63,994 nucleotides of DNA, filler included, from Basidiobolus ranarum (GCA_040143965.1; 3 parts of 3 records of this genome joined end to end with filler, not necessarily neighbours in it); one strand, 5' to 3'; counted from the whole stretch's first letter, positions 25,915-39,989 are shown. Program-made: numbers and translations. The notes: generated from the sequence alone by a model not told the origin.

Positions 25915-26265
25915 ATGATTGATCACGTCGGAATATTAGTCAAGAACCTTGCCCAGAGTAAGGAGTTCTATACACAAGTGCTTCAGCCTCTTGGCCATAA
26001 AGTGGAGTTGGAATATCCTCAAGGTGTAGGTTTTGGGAAGAACGCCATGTTTAATATCACTGAGGGGAGCTCTTCAAATACCCATTTTGCTTTCAGAGCC
26101 AACTCTCGCGAAGAGGTAGACCGTTTTTACGAAACAGCCCTGAAGATTGGTGCCAAGGATAATGGAGCCCCTGGTCTCAGAAGCCAGTATGGTGACAACT
26201 ATTACGCTGCTTTTGTTTACGATTTGGATGGCAATAATCTGGAGGTGGTCTATCGTGGGCCCTAA
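25915..26265 (+). CDS. VOC/glyoxalase family protein, copy B (tandem paralogue)
   Basis: Same motifs as copy A; promoter and 3' flank are also duplicated. Confidence 0.92.
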   Translation: MIDHVGILVKNLAQSKEFYTQVLQPLGHKVELEYPQGVGFGKNAMFNITEGSSSNTHFAFRANSREEVDRFYETALKIGAKDNGAPGLRSQYGDNYYAAFVYDLDGNNLEVVYRGP

Positions 26266-28174
26266 TGACATTCACAAATAAACACTTTATCCATTAAACT
26301 CCACTTTGAACTGGGTGTATACAAACTATTGTTTGTCGCGTTTTACATTAAAAGTTATCTCTTAAGGATATCTAATCAGTCATCAACTGTTGAGATTGTA
26401 AATGAGTTTATAGTGGGATGAGATCTGAACTATTTAGCAACGTTAGATAGTGAGCATTGGATGGCTGATTATTATATAAGTAATCTAAGTAATATTAGGT
26501 AGTGGATTGAGTGGATTGATATCAGTGATGCGATTTGGTGCTTAGGGTTAGTGGCTTAGATTTTACAATTCCAAAATGGCCCAGTTTCTAACACTGAGTA
26601 ACATCACACTCTGAGCTAGTATATATGGCATAATTGATCACTTCATTAGCAAGCTCACTTAAAAGCGTTTAAGTTGATAGACTATGCGCAGTCCAGTTCT
26701 TCTATTAGCCTAGTGACAGCCAAGTTTTTTCATTAGTGAAGAAGTGTTGGCGAATCACACATAAGTTTCAGTAACAAATAACAGTCGAAAGAAATAAGTA
26801 ATGGTCGAGAAAATATTGATTCTTTTCCAATGCTCTGCTTTTCTACAATATTAAGTTCAACGCTAGGAAATTCTCTGCTAGATGATTAAAAGCATGTTTA
26901 GACGCAAGTCACTTTTTATTCAGGGTAGTGTAAGTAGGGCCCAAAAAAGAACGAAGGAAAATAACATTGGGTTATGGTCGTGAGATATATCACGAACAAG
27001 ATCGCTGGTTACACTAATTTGATCTTTAATCGTTCCTTCATTAACCCGAATACTTGCCTTTATTCTACTTGGAACTCCAGAACAAGCCCACGATTACCAA
27101 TCATAATGACGAAGTCTTATTGTGGTAGAGAATAATAAATCTAGTGACTAAAAGGGACAGTAATGGTACCAACACCTTTGCATTCCTCTTTTGTTCTGTA
27201 TTCATCTTACCTACATCCAATGAAAACGCCATAAAATTCATAAATAGAGTTGAGAAGTAACAGAGCCACTAGATTCAGAAGTATTCCTACCCGAATCCTC
27301 TTGACGGCTACCTATTTTACTTGGTGATCAACTACTGCGACTGCTTCTCTAACCTTAGCCCTGAACGATAATTGAATAAAAATAGCACTATCTGCTATTC
27401 ATAAACACACCAAGCGCCAATCATAAGATAGATTTTCATTAACAAAACCGGATTGAAGAAATGGGTTTACAATCAGTATCACGAGGGTCTAGGCATCCTA
27501 TTGTTAGTTGAACTAATGATGGAGTGATTGGGTAGCCAGGACAAAATTCATCTGTGGCTTGGGATTATTGACCGGATATCTGGGTGATACAGTGAACAAC
27601 ACCAGAATCCAAATGGATGATTTTCTTGTACTGAAGTAGTGTCATTAAGACTGCGTATTCTATATATATATGTATCCACTCCAAGTATCATTTGTTTGTT
27701 CATATGAACAATGCGTGACTTGAGTAAAACTACCGAAGAATACAGTAAATATCGAGAATACCAACTATACGAGAATATCTTGGAGATAATTGTTGGAAAG
27801 TCCATATCTTTTCTGGGCTTTATCAATACCAATTTTCTACACTTGCTTTTTTCTTTGACGAAAGAAACGTCAACACGAATTTTACCACTAGCGTGATAAC
27901 ACAAGGTATTGTCCAAGTAGGAAGTTGCGTGGGATATATATTTGTAATATAAAGTTCCTGTTATATAACTAACAATTATAATTGGTACAAACCAACTTGG
28001 TTCTAGAATAAAATCCACGAAATCCTCTCGAAAATTCAGCAATTTTACGGCTATCTCGGAGTGACAAATCTAACCAATCAATTGGCTGGGATAGAGCCAT
28101 CCTAATCTCGGATGGAACAGATGTGGCTAGCACTTAATAAGAACGATTTTGTACTTGTGAATTGTTCATGCAAC

Positions 28175-31100
28175 ATGTCGAACACTCCTGCTATGCCGAG
28201 TGTACCCGTTTCTGAAAACACACCGGACTTGGGTAATGTCCCAAGCAAAGAAGAGACAACTAGTACACCTAATACTCCCAATATACCTAATATACCTAAT
28301 ATACCTAATATGCCAAGTGTCGAAGTAGTTGAGACAAATACCCTGCCACACGCAGATCAGCCAGTTACTTCACCTGTAGTCTCCGAAGAGCCTGCTCAAT
28401 TACCGAGCGAGCTGGTTCAGGAGAAAATTGTTGCAGAGTTATCTGACTCTAATACACCAATTCATTCTTTTAATCCGGAGGATTCACCTGAAGAAAAAGC
28501 AAACAAGACCAAAGAAACCGCCGGTACGGTTCTACCCAATATTCCTTTATCGAGTCGTGACTCGTTTGATACCAAGAGTATCATCAGTGAAAGTTCAAAG
28601 GGTCCTTTGAGACGCCAATCTACTGCTAGTACTACTTTGAGACGTCAATCCACTGCTAGTACCATAAAGTCCACTTTTTCTACAAATTCAGCTTCAGCCA
28701 TTGTTGGCTGGAAACAATCCAACGAAAGTTTCTTGGACACTTACTCTGGACAAGAGTGGCAAAACGCGCTTTGCTTGGTTACTGTGGTTCTAGTTACCTA
28801 TATTTTGGCCAGCTTAGGACTTGGTTTTGGTTGGTGCTTAATTGTTTTAATTTTTGCTGGTATGTGATTTATTTCATAATATTTGTGTTATGAAAAGACA
28901 AAAAATACTAATGACTCTTGCAATTCTAGCGCAATACTACAAGAATTCGATCAAAAGATTTCGAAGAAATGCTAGAGATGATATAACACGTGAATTGTCA
29001 GTTGCAAAGGTATTTACTTTTAAAATACAACTGCCTCCATTATATTAGCTAAATATAAGTATCATCCATAGCTTCTCACGGATACCGAGTCCACCGAGTG
29101 GTTGAACACCTTCCTCAGTAAATTTTGGTTAATTTACGAGCCAGTTCTTTCAGCAACGATTGTCGGTATTACCGATGGCATCCTAGCTGTCTCTACACCA
29201 GGTTTCTTGGATTCCCTTCGTCTTACCGAGTTTACCTTGGGAACCAAGGCACCAAGGGTGGAATCAGTTAAGACTTTCACAAATGACGATGATGAGACAG
29301 TGGTAAGTGCATGCACCTATGAATATAACTACTGTAGTGAAAATAGAATTAATTTGTTTATCAGGAGATGGAGTGGGATGTATCATTCACCCCCAATGAT
29401 CTTGAAGACCTTACCCACCGTCAACTGAGAAACAAAACCAATCCCAAGATTGTTTTGGAAGTTCGCGTGGGTAAAGGGTTTGTTGGGGCTGGAATGCCTA
29501 TTCTCGTGGAGGATGTTTCCTTCAGAGGCCGTATGAGAGTCAAAATGAGACTAATGAGTAACTTTCCACATATGCAATCCGTCGATCTATGCTTTATGGA
29601 GCCTCCCACTATCGACTATATTCTGAAGCCCATCGGAGGAGAAACGTTTGGCTTTGATATCTCTCATATCCCTGGGCTGTCGTCTTTCATCAAAGAGCAA
29701 ATTCACGCCGTACTTGGCCCGATGATGTATAATCCTAACGTCTTCACCTTAAATATGGAACAGCTGATGAGTGGCGTCGATACGGAAGCTGCTATTGGAG
29801 TGCTAAAAATCCGCATTCGCCACGCCAGAAACTTGAAAAATCTTGAAGTAGTCGGTCTTTCTGATCCTTATGTGAGGTTAAATATCAACAATCGAGCCGA
29901 ATTGGGACGTACTGCCTTTAAGCAAAATACTTTGAATCCATCTTGGGATGAGACGTTCTACATTCTAATTCACGATCTCAACGAAACCCTTGCTCTAGAA
30001 GTCTTTGATAAAGAAGAAATTAAGAAGGACCGTAGTTTGGGTACAGCTACATTCAATATGTCTTCTTTACTGGATGAGCCCAATCAGGATAACATCATCG
30101 CAAAGGTCATCAGAGAACGTGGTAAAGAGCATGGTGAGGTGTGCTTTGATGCCAATTATTATCCAGTGATTGAGCCGATTATTGAAGAAGATGGAACCAC
30201 CACTCAAGTCGAGTCCAACCATGGAATACTCAAAGTATATGTCCATCAGGCCAAAGACCTTGCTAGCAAAGCTTCCACCAAGCTCAATCCCTATGGCGTC
30301 GTTAAACTCAATGGTACCAAGCTTCTTTCTACCAAAATATTGAAGAGAAAGGCGAACCCGGTTTGGGAAGATGCTGTAGAATGCTTCATAGGTGACAGAT
30401 CCAAGGCTATTTTGTCCATTGAAATCAAGGATGAACGTGGCCTTGCTGTAGACCCCTTACTAGGGAATTTCAGCATTGGCTTAAACGAGGCCTTAAAGAG
30501 AATGGAAGAGCAAAATCAATGGTTTAACCTTAATGGTCATGCTTCAGGTAAGGTACGACTATCGTTCGTTTGGAAGCCTGTTGAGATCAAGGGTGGAGTT
30601 ATCGCATCTGGTCACCTTGCTCCACCTACTGGAGTGGTAAGATTGGATATCATCGAAGCCAAGAATTTGAAGAATGTCGAAAAGATCGGTAAATCGGATC
30701 CATATGTTATCGTGTCTGTTTCTGGAAGACCTCTCTCTCGGACTGAAGTTATCGATAACAATCTAAATCCCTCATGGAACGAAACCCACTATATTGGAGT
30801 CAGAAGTCCACGGGAAGTGATATACTTTGATGTGTACGACTTCGATAAAGTTGGAAAGGACAGACTTTTAGGCTCCACTTCTATTCCTGCTCAACAAATA
30901 TTGGGCGAACAGATCAACGAGCATCAATGGGGGCCTGGGGCTCCCAAAGATCTAAAGCTCAATTTGCACCTTGAAGGGAAAGAGAAAGGCGAGATCCATG
31001 TTAAAGCTAGTTACAATCCATTTATAGAATTAGATACGGGAAGCAATCTCGCTGGACCCCAATCACAACCCATTGATCAGTCGCTAGAGAGTTCGGAATC

Positions 31101-33135
31101 ACCCGTCGACACTACCACCGACACCGTTCCACTTGCAAAACCCATTGATTATACCCAATATTCTACCGGCTTACTCTCTATTATAGTGGGTAATACCAGA
31201 GGCATGAGACGCCGATCTGAACTCGTTTATGCCGAGGTTCTTCTCAACAGCAATGAGTACAACGTTGTTCACCGAACCAAGCCAACAAAAAGAGCATTGA
31301 ATCCTAGCTTCGATGAAGAGTGCGAGGTGTTTATTCAAGAAGCTCAGTTCGCAACAATCACGATCTATCTTCGAGAGCAGATTGATGAGAGAAGCATCGT
31401 TGCACGTAAAACCATCGACTTACCTACCATACTAGAACAGTTGTCTAATGGGATTCCCGAAGATGGATTTTGGTATGAATTTGAGAATACCGATGGTAAA
31501 ATTCAACTCTTTTTGAAATTCTCTCCTGTTGAGATACAAATCGATGAATCCGAGAGTTGGATTAACAAAGGACTAGTAATGGTAAAGATTCTAAAAGCTG
31601 AAGGACTACGTGCTGCTGATTCTTCCGGAACTAGTGATCCATATATAGTGGTAACTCGCGATGGTGAAAAGGTTCACAAAACTAAAGTCATCAAGAAAAC
31701 GCTTTCACCAGTATACAATGAAGAATTCAGTACGCTAATCCATGCTCGTAATGAATCCTCTTTGGTTTTCAATGTATACGACTGGAATCAAGTTCAAACT
31801 CATGAACAGCTGGGCTACTTCCAAATAAGCACGAAGAACCTAGAGCCCTTAACATGGATTCAGGATGACTATAGTCTTACAGATGGCACTGGAACCGTTA
31901 GTTTAAAGATTATGTTCAGGCCTGAGCATGTAGGTCGTATGACTACCGACCGTAAACAAACATTCCAGGCTGCTACTAAGAGTGTTATTGGGAAAGGAGT
32001 TGGTGGTGCTACCAGAGCTGTTGGTGGTACTCTTGGTGGTATTAGCAAGGGTGTTAGCGGACTGCTTAGTTTGGGAAAGAAAACATCTAGTCGGGGCTCT
32101 ATTTCTGCTCCTCGTCCCAATACCAATATGCCACAGGAGGCATCGTCAACCAGAAGCAACAGCATTAGCAGTAGCTTCAGTAACAATGTACGCAACTCAT
32201 CGGATGTGCCAAATTCGTTAGAAACACCGAACATGCCAAATATGCCAAACATGCCAGAGAAACCTAACTTGCCAAATATACCTGAAACATCCAGTAAGTC
32301 AGAAATACCCAACATGCCTTATATGTCGAATACCCCATCAGATTCTGCATATTCCCAAGCCAGTGTTGACGATATTAAAGCACCGATCACACCCGTCTCT
32401 CCCAAATTTAGTCTAAACATTGAAGAGGAAGCTATTGCCAATGTTGACAATAATATCGAACGTGACAGTGTTAAAAAAGATTTATCGGGACTGTTTAGTG
32501 AAGCCCAAGTAGGAAGCCAACTAACTACTGATAACGCTAGAATCTCTAGTCCATCTTCCATCAATGAACCTGAGAATAGCTTCCACTCATTATCAGCACC
32601 ACAGTCACCTATGTCTAACAGATCTTCCATCGCCAACCTAGATGATTTTAGTGAGTTCTCTGGGGAGAGTGATGGTGAACATGGATTTTTGACAGTGGAA
32701 ATCTTACAAGCTAAAGATCTCATTGCTGCCAATAGCAATGGATCAAGTAACCCTTATGTTCGTGTCCGTTCAGATCGCAAGACGCTTTACAAAACCAAGG
32801 TCTGTAAGAAGACTCTTGAGCCGAAATGGAACGAACGTTTCACTATTCCTGTCCGTAGTTCTTCGATTAAACTTCACTTCTCCGTTCGTGACCGAAACCT
32901 TCTTCAAGACTCTTATCTAGGTGAATACGAGGCAAATGTATCAGAGCACATACAACTTAACAGCCAAGTAGGAGACGAGAACTGGGTAGAACTAAGAAAG
33001 ACCGAACGCGGTAAACTTTTATTGAAATTTACCTTCATTTCAAATACTTCACCTAGGTCAAGTGAAGTGTTTGACTCGCTCACTAGCTCTGCAAAGAAGA
33101 AACTCGGCTTTAGCTCGTTTAGAAGAAAACTTTAA
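28175..33135 (+). CDS. TCB: Tricalbin / extended synaptotagmin (TM hairpin, SMP domain, ~6 C2 domains), 4 exons
   Basis: ESTEWLNTFLSKFWLIYEP, FTLGTKAPRV, DYILKPIGGETFGFDI and repeated SDPY C2 motifs. Confidence 0.93.
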
Positions 33136-33621
33136 GGATACGCTTTTAGTTCCTTCTTTTCACTTGTATTTTCAAAGTATCTTGGACCGTTGTTTGTCAA
33201 ATCATGTTATGTGTGATTTAATTTTGGATGTTGTTCTATTCGCCTTCCTAATAATAGGAAGGATATATAAATATATACATATGTGTTTCAAGAATTTTCA
33301 TAACTAATCCCAAGCAAGATAACAAAAAGCAGTAAGAATGCTGAGATCCAGCAATCATGCAGCATACTGATAGTTGACGCGATTTTGATTGGATAGAGGT
33401 TATTTTGAAAGTCAATAAATGATGAGAATTCCTGTTTCAACAAGTATTATAGTCATGGTTTTCCGTATTACCCCAACTTCATTAGATAGGACAATTGAGC
33501 CAATCATACATCGGGTCATTGTTGAAACAGTAGAATGAATTAATAGAAATATTTATTAACCAGATAGAGAATTGGGACTGACAAATATACACGACCCAGC
33601 CTCCCATTTTTGCTGAATGAA

Positions 33622-35384
33622 ATGGAAGCAACCTTAGCGCGTTTACCTAACCTCATTTTTAGAAAGACTGGAGTGTACAAACTATTAACTAGAAGCTCTA
33701 CCTCAGTAGCCGCGAAAAAGGTGGCAGAAGTCGAGCCGAAAGGAAAGCTTAGTCGAAGTAATTATGTTGTTCGTACTCCTCAGAATCATACGTTTCGGGT
33801 TAATCTAAAAAACTCCCCCAACCTTGTGGGAGTACGTTCAACCAGAGGGATGAGAGACTATAACGAGGATAGATATAAGAGTTTAACGGTAAAACTTCCA
33901 AACCACGCCAACCAGCTGTTATATTTTGGAGTGTTTGATGGGTTCGTTAACTAGTTTTCTTATTCCTTCTCAAAAAATCTCTTGTTCATTTTTAATGTAT
34001 AATTTTAGCCATGGGGGTTCTCATTCCGTAGATTACCTTTCAGCTCACCTTCATGAAAAACTTGAATCCATGACAACTGAAGATGCAGAAACTATCGTTG
34101 ATGCATATAGGAAATTTGGTATTCGTTGGTCCAAATATACTCCTGCCTATATTGGCCCATTACTATACCAGAAGCGGGCTTCTTCTTATCAGCCGACCTA
34201 TGAAAGACACCTTTCACTCGAGCAAAGAATGGTATTGTCCTTTTTACAACTAGACCTCGAGGTAACTAAGGTTTTGAGATATCACGATGGTTCAACCGGA
34301 TCTATAGCCCTGATTGAACCGATGAATGGGAGCCCTTTTTGGGCCTCTCCTCAACTGGCTATCACTGTATCTCACGTCGGGGATACCAGGTAGGATCCAA
34401 GTTTATACAATGATGAGTGTTTAGCTCCAGCTGACGATTTTCTGTAGAGTCATACTTTGTGATACTTCAAGTGGAAAAGCAGACACATTAACAACCGATC
34501 ATCATCCGAGTATTAAAAAAGAATTCGATCGTATTCGAAAGTACGGAGGCTTCTTCACTAGAGATTCTTTTGGCGAGGAAATGACTGTTGGTCAGTTTGC
34601 TAACACCCGAGCTTTTGGTGATCCGATTGGCAAACGGTTTGGTGTAATTGCAGAGCCTGACATTATTGTGCGTAAGGTTGCCGGGGAAGAGGTGGCCTTT
34701 ATGGTTCTTGTTACTGATGGAGTAACCTCAGTCATGACCGATCAAGAGATTGTTGATACTGTAAGTGGACTCTTGAGATTTGTAGCCAAGCATTAATCTA
34801 AACGAATCTTAGGTCAAGACTTGCCCTGATCCTACATCTGCTGCATTGCGCATTGTAACGTATGCTGAGCAATTCGGCTCTGACGACAACATCACAGCAA
34901 TGGTATGTAGTCCATTCATTCACTTGTGTATACAATATTCTCATGCTTGACTCATGAATAGGTGGTACGACTGCCTGGCTGGGGCACTCCGATGCCTGAT
35001 CTTTCTGCGGACGTTCGTAAGTGTAGATTGGAAGCCTCATCCTCAAGAGGGCCTCGCATGGGTTCTGGGATGTACAGCGACCTAGCTCAAGCGGCAGACA
35101 TCAAGGAGAAGACGATCAAAACTCTCTTTGAGGATGGGATATTTCATGAATTATCCGAAGAGCAACTCAAGGACCAGATGAACAAATTTGGCATTAAGCT
35201 AAGCATTGGAGTTGGAATGCTTCCTGGTGATGAACCTGAGGATGAAGACTCTGATCACAGCGTTATTGACATGTTTTTTTCGGTCTTGAGCAGACCCCGA
35301 TCATCCGTACTAACTTCGGGGGATATCAAGAAGGCTTGGAGTTTATTGGGAGTTACCACGGCATCAACTGCAACTATGAAATAG
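33622..35384 (+). CDS. PP2C-type protein phosphatase (Ptc6-like) with C-terminal extension
   Basis: RGMRDYNEDR, YFGVFDGHGG, GSTG, HVGDTR, ANTRAFGD, VLVTDGV, SDDNITAM. Confidence 0.9.
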
Positions 35385-35557
35385 CCCAATTCGACTAAGC
35401 GATCAGAGAGAGCACATTTCTTTCCTTCGTTCTTTCGTTCCTTCATTCCCTCATCGATACTGTACCATAGGATAGATATCGGCACATCTTGTTGTGGCAC
35501 TGTAAATAAGTTCAAATCCAAGTTTATTAAACCAGATCTTGGACATTGGATCAATCT

Positions 35558-35585
35558 ATGTGTGTGTGTGTGTGCGTGTGTGTGT
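35558..35585. repeat. (GT)n microsatellite between convergent genes
   Basis: About 13 TG units with one CG interruption. Confidence 0.9.
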
Positions 35586-35656
35586 ATATATAGCCATGAA
35601 ACGGATATGATGATGACAAAACTTTAAACAAAAATCTACATGGGCCTTTCCCTACT

Positions 35657-38101
35657 TTACGGAGAGTTTGGGGATGGGGGCTGGACATTTGGAAATGGGA
35701 TATTAGGGTCTACATCGTTAGAAGATGCAAGGGGTTTGGATTTCTTAGCTTTTAGAGATTTCAATTCAGTCTTCAGATGTTTGAGTAATTTTCTTTCCGC
35801 ACGACGAATCTCCTTTTCTTCGTTCATGAAGTTCCATTGAGTCTCCTTTGAAGTGAGTTGATTTTGTAATTTCCATTTGGCTATTTCCAAAGTAGCATTA
35901 ATCCATTCATTTCTATAATTCCTTTTCTCCAATTTACATCTTTCGTATTGTTGTTGGATGTGATTCCTATCATGTTTCAACTTTTCAATTTCTTTTTGAA
36001 GTTGTGAGGAATGTTGTTTACTAACTTCTAGATGGACTTGATTTTCTTTTACCATTCCAGAGTATTTACTACATTGTTGCTCGAGTTCTCGGATATGTTT
36101 CTCGGATTTCTGAAGGTGCCTCTTCAAATTTCCTATCTCCTCTTTCAGTGCATTCATTTGTGAATCTTTGGTTGGATCAACTGCTGGATGGTGGCCACGT
36201 TCACCCTCTACATTCCAATCTTTGGCCAAGTGAGAGTCGGGTGTGGTACCTTTGGATTGCAGGGGTGGTTTGGGAATTCTGTGGAGATTCTCGTGAACTA
36301 TGTCTGTCTGTTCGTCACGACGAGATGGTGAGTGCTGGGATGAGATTACCAGAGGATCAAGTTGACCATCATTTCTCGAAGGAACCACCCTTTCTAGATG
36401 CATATCCTCTCGGTGAGGGATTGTGAAGCCTATAGGTGTAGACAAGTTCGTGATGAAACCAACATCTGAGATTGATAACAACACACGTAAGCTGGCGACC
36501 GAAGATTTGGTGGACTGTTGAATAACTGGTACGGTGAAATTGAAAGAATCCGAAAATCGAGCTTCAGTATTTAAGCTAGCATTTCGCTCCTGTAATAATG
36601 GATTGAAATCCACAATACCAATCCCTAATGAACGAATCTCCTCCGATTCCTGGTATTTACCCAGGAGTTTGATATACAACGGTGTAGAGAGAAGTTTCTC
36701 CAGCAGCCGATTGGGAAAGGAGAAGAATTCCATGGTGTAAAATGAGTTGGGTAAGAATACTTCTGTATTGGGAGGTATCTCGATACTAGGTTCGGTGTAA
36801 ACGGTTTTCTTGGTGTTTAGCCAATCATAATTATATTCTAGGTAGGCGTTCTCGAGATGAGTATTATTTGATGATATGGAAACGAGGTGGATAGTTATTA
36901 AATAATGGTCTAATGGTTGTCCCCCATTGACTACGAACGGATGGAGAATATCTTTCTCGATCAACGATAGACTACATCCGATGTATGGTTCGTCAGGTTC
37001 GTCCAATCTGTCTGCTCCCGAAACTGTTTCTATACCGTACAATCCCTCAAAGAAATGAGGTTCACCAGAGGCCACTTGAAATAGGTCACTAATTGACACC
37101 CTGGCACATCCCATGATTCGTGCATCTGACTCTTGATAAAGATAAATAGCAACTAAAGGACAATTGGCGAAATACTCTTGAATCTCATGCAAACTCGATC
37201 GAAGATTCACGAAGATACGTGTAGGTGACCAGGAAGAAGAGTCGGTGGATGGAGAGAATTTTTCTGTGATGATATCTCTATCGAATAATTTGAATTGAAA
37301 ATAAAATCGGGATGCACTCGAAACTCTATACCGAGTGAATAGGTTTTGCCAGAGGGTAATTCCGAAATAAAAGATATATTCGACAGTTCCATCCCCTATA
37401 CGATAAAACCTGTCTCCTGCAAGAGCTTCATGTGTTATTTTAGAAGAGGGTTTGACCGTGTTAGCTGGCGCCAGATAATGATTGATATTTAGTAATTTGG
37501 AAGCTATTCGCTCTGATATAGGTGTTTCTATAGGCCTACGTTCAGGTGTTGGCATTGGTGCACTGGGTAGGGTAGGAATCTTTGCTTTTGAAAACTCCTG
37601 TTTAGGCCCAGCTTGAAACAGAATACGAAGCTCAGGCCTTATTCCATTTTGTCCTTGACCTTTCTTGACATTTACCAAGGAGAACCACTTTGGTTTAGGT
37701 TCAGAGGTAGGACTTTGAACCTGTCGTAAATCCAATACTATAAAACCAATCTCTTCTACGCTATTCTTCTCTTTACTAAAGGAAAAACAAGTGAGCTTCA
37801 CCGTAGCTTTCTGAGTACGAAGTAGGTGTAGTGTTTTATGCTCTAAAGTCCATTCAAGTTCTGTATCCCAGAGGGGTCTCGAAGTTTGCTCGATTCTTTC
37901 GGTACTTAGTAATTCATTGTAGAATTTCCCTTCAACAAAGATGTAAGTCCCTCGTTTACGCAGAAATTGTCGACCTATTTTCTGAAAGTTAGTAAAGTAG
38001 CTCGAGTGAGTAATGGTAATCCTTTAACTTAACCCAAACAGGACTTGGAACTTTACAAACTCACCTTCTAATATGGTTGCCAAAACAGTGCACAAAACCA
38101 T
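35657..38101 (-). CDS. CEP120: CEP120-like centriolar protein (three C2 domains plus coiled coil), 2 exons
   Basis: Exons 38065-38101 and 35657-37974 give MVLCTVLATILEGRQF...VEGKF...LSTE...P.WDTELEW......LH..R.Q...VKLTCF...EEIGFIVLDLR...PKWFSL, which follows the CEP120 C2A domain as I recall it. C-terminal coiled coil. Confidence 0.8.
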
Positions 38102-38489
38102 TTGGACTGAACAATGCTATTCGGTCTGTTAGAAAGGGATATATAATCACGTCAACCCTGTATCCTGATACAAATATGGATGGGTGTTTGTTTTGATTTT
38201 TGGTAGGTGAACTTGAAATCGATTTAATTGATTGGTTATTCAGATTTGGAATCTCGTCTAAGAGCCCGTTACAAAAAGTAGAAATTAGTAAGAAATTCTT
38301 GCGTGCCATTCAAGGTATATGCCTAGTGGATACTAGAACCACTATTCAGCATCAAGCACAGATGATTAGCTTTGGTTTTACAAGAACAGGGACGCTGTTT
38401 GTATCATTCGATCGACAAAGATCCATGAACAAACACAACATTACATTATTAGGCATTAATTGGGACTGATACGCGTATCGTAAGACCCA

Positions 38490-39989
38490 TCACTTGTAAT
38501 GACTGGGCCTATTTCTAGCTATGTGGAAATCATCATACAATCTTCTGAAGGCACCTTCTTCCACTCGAGAATACAAGACGGTCATTAGGAAGAACAAAAA
38601 GGAATATATAGCTGAAGAAACAATGAAAATATCAAAAATAACTATGGCCCACGAAGGGGGTCTAATGACAGAACACACAATCAAAAGAATTATCCATACA
38701 CCCGACCCAATTCCAAACTGTACAAGATAACCAGTTCTTCTTTTGTTGGCGTTGCTGAGTCCAGATGATAAAAGCTCAACTACTTGCTCTATTATTCCAG
38801 CATCCAGTATCGAACAATCCGTGGCCTTTTCAATTTCGCCCTTAGTCTTTCGCGTGATGGTAAATACAGAACACACTCCGAAATGATCCGAATAAGAACA
38901 CTTCAGACACACCACTGGCTCAGTCAGGCAGACTCGTGAAGATAGACATTTCAAGTCTGACGTGTGACGATAGAATATATAGTCCAATCGCTCTCCAGGC
39001 TGTTTCTGGTTGATTCGGCCTGACAATGTGTTGGTGGGAGTAGCGCATGTTAATCCATTGTTGCTAGCAATCTCCGACATTTTTATTCCCGAATTATAAG
39101 GAGGGTAAACCACCGTCGACCCATTAATCTCGTCCCAGGAATCGGTCAGTCCAGCATATGATTTGATCATTGTAATAACAAGGTTATCTGGTATGCTGTT
39201 GTAGTCACCCAACTAAAGCAGATGAGAGATACAATAATCTTAATATAAAATCATGCCACACGTTGGTTGAATATAGAAGTATTACCGATATAACATGATT
39301 TCCGCTGGCAACTGCATCTTTCAAAATACAAGAGAGCTCCCATCCTTGAGCTGCACGATGAAACCCATTTTCATCATTTGGATTATATTGAGCAATCAAC
39401 TGACAACTGAGGTTAGCTATGCAATTAGAAATATGGTGACTTTTAGAGAAATCTTACATGTGTATTGTACACTTCAATAATGTCCCCATTTGGATGTAAC
39501 AAGTGACAACAGCCTACTGCTTTTGAAACATACCAATCGCCTTGAAGTACTTTGAGTGGGTTTCCGTTTAGCGAATATGGAGTTGCAAAGGATTTTATAA
39601 TAGGGAATTTGGAAAATATGGCTAGACCAGCACCGAAAACACCTCTAAATAAGAGCGAATAAGAGGTTATTGAGTGCTCGATTTCGTTGACTAAAGAATT
39701 CTAGAACGTTACGTGTGAAAGAAATGGGTATATGGGAGGGACGCTCTGGTTTTGTGTCTAACCATCTCAAAGTCATTATAAACCCATATTTCCTGTAGTC
39801 CAACAATGTCATATTCACTCTCGACAAGATGTTGTGCAATGGCCTCTAAACGCTCTTTTCGTTTTTTCGAAACGAACTTGAGTCCCCTTTTGTTGAAACA
39901 AGCAATAGGTTAGGAAGACGCAAGGTAAATTGGGAATATTTTCAACCTTACCAGCAGTTTAGGCTTAACACCTGGAATTTATTGGACAT
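38490..39989 (-). CDS. ISC1: Inositol phosphosphingolipid phospholipase C / neutral sphingomyelinase
   Basis: LSLNCWGLKFVSK, DIVGLQEIW, GLAIFSKFPI, YNTH, GDYNS, RLDYIF, SDHFGV and two C-terminal TM segments. Confidence 0.92.

Noticed and set aside
27548-28042. 164-aa minus-strand ORF upstream of tricalbin
   Set aside because: Non-ATG start, no recognisable motif, AT-rich promoter-like DNA.
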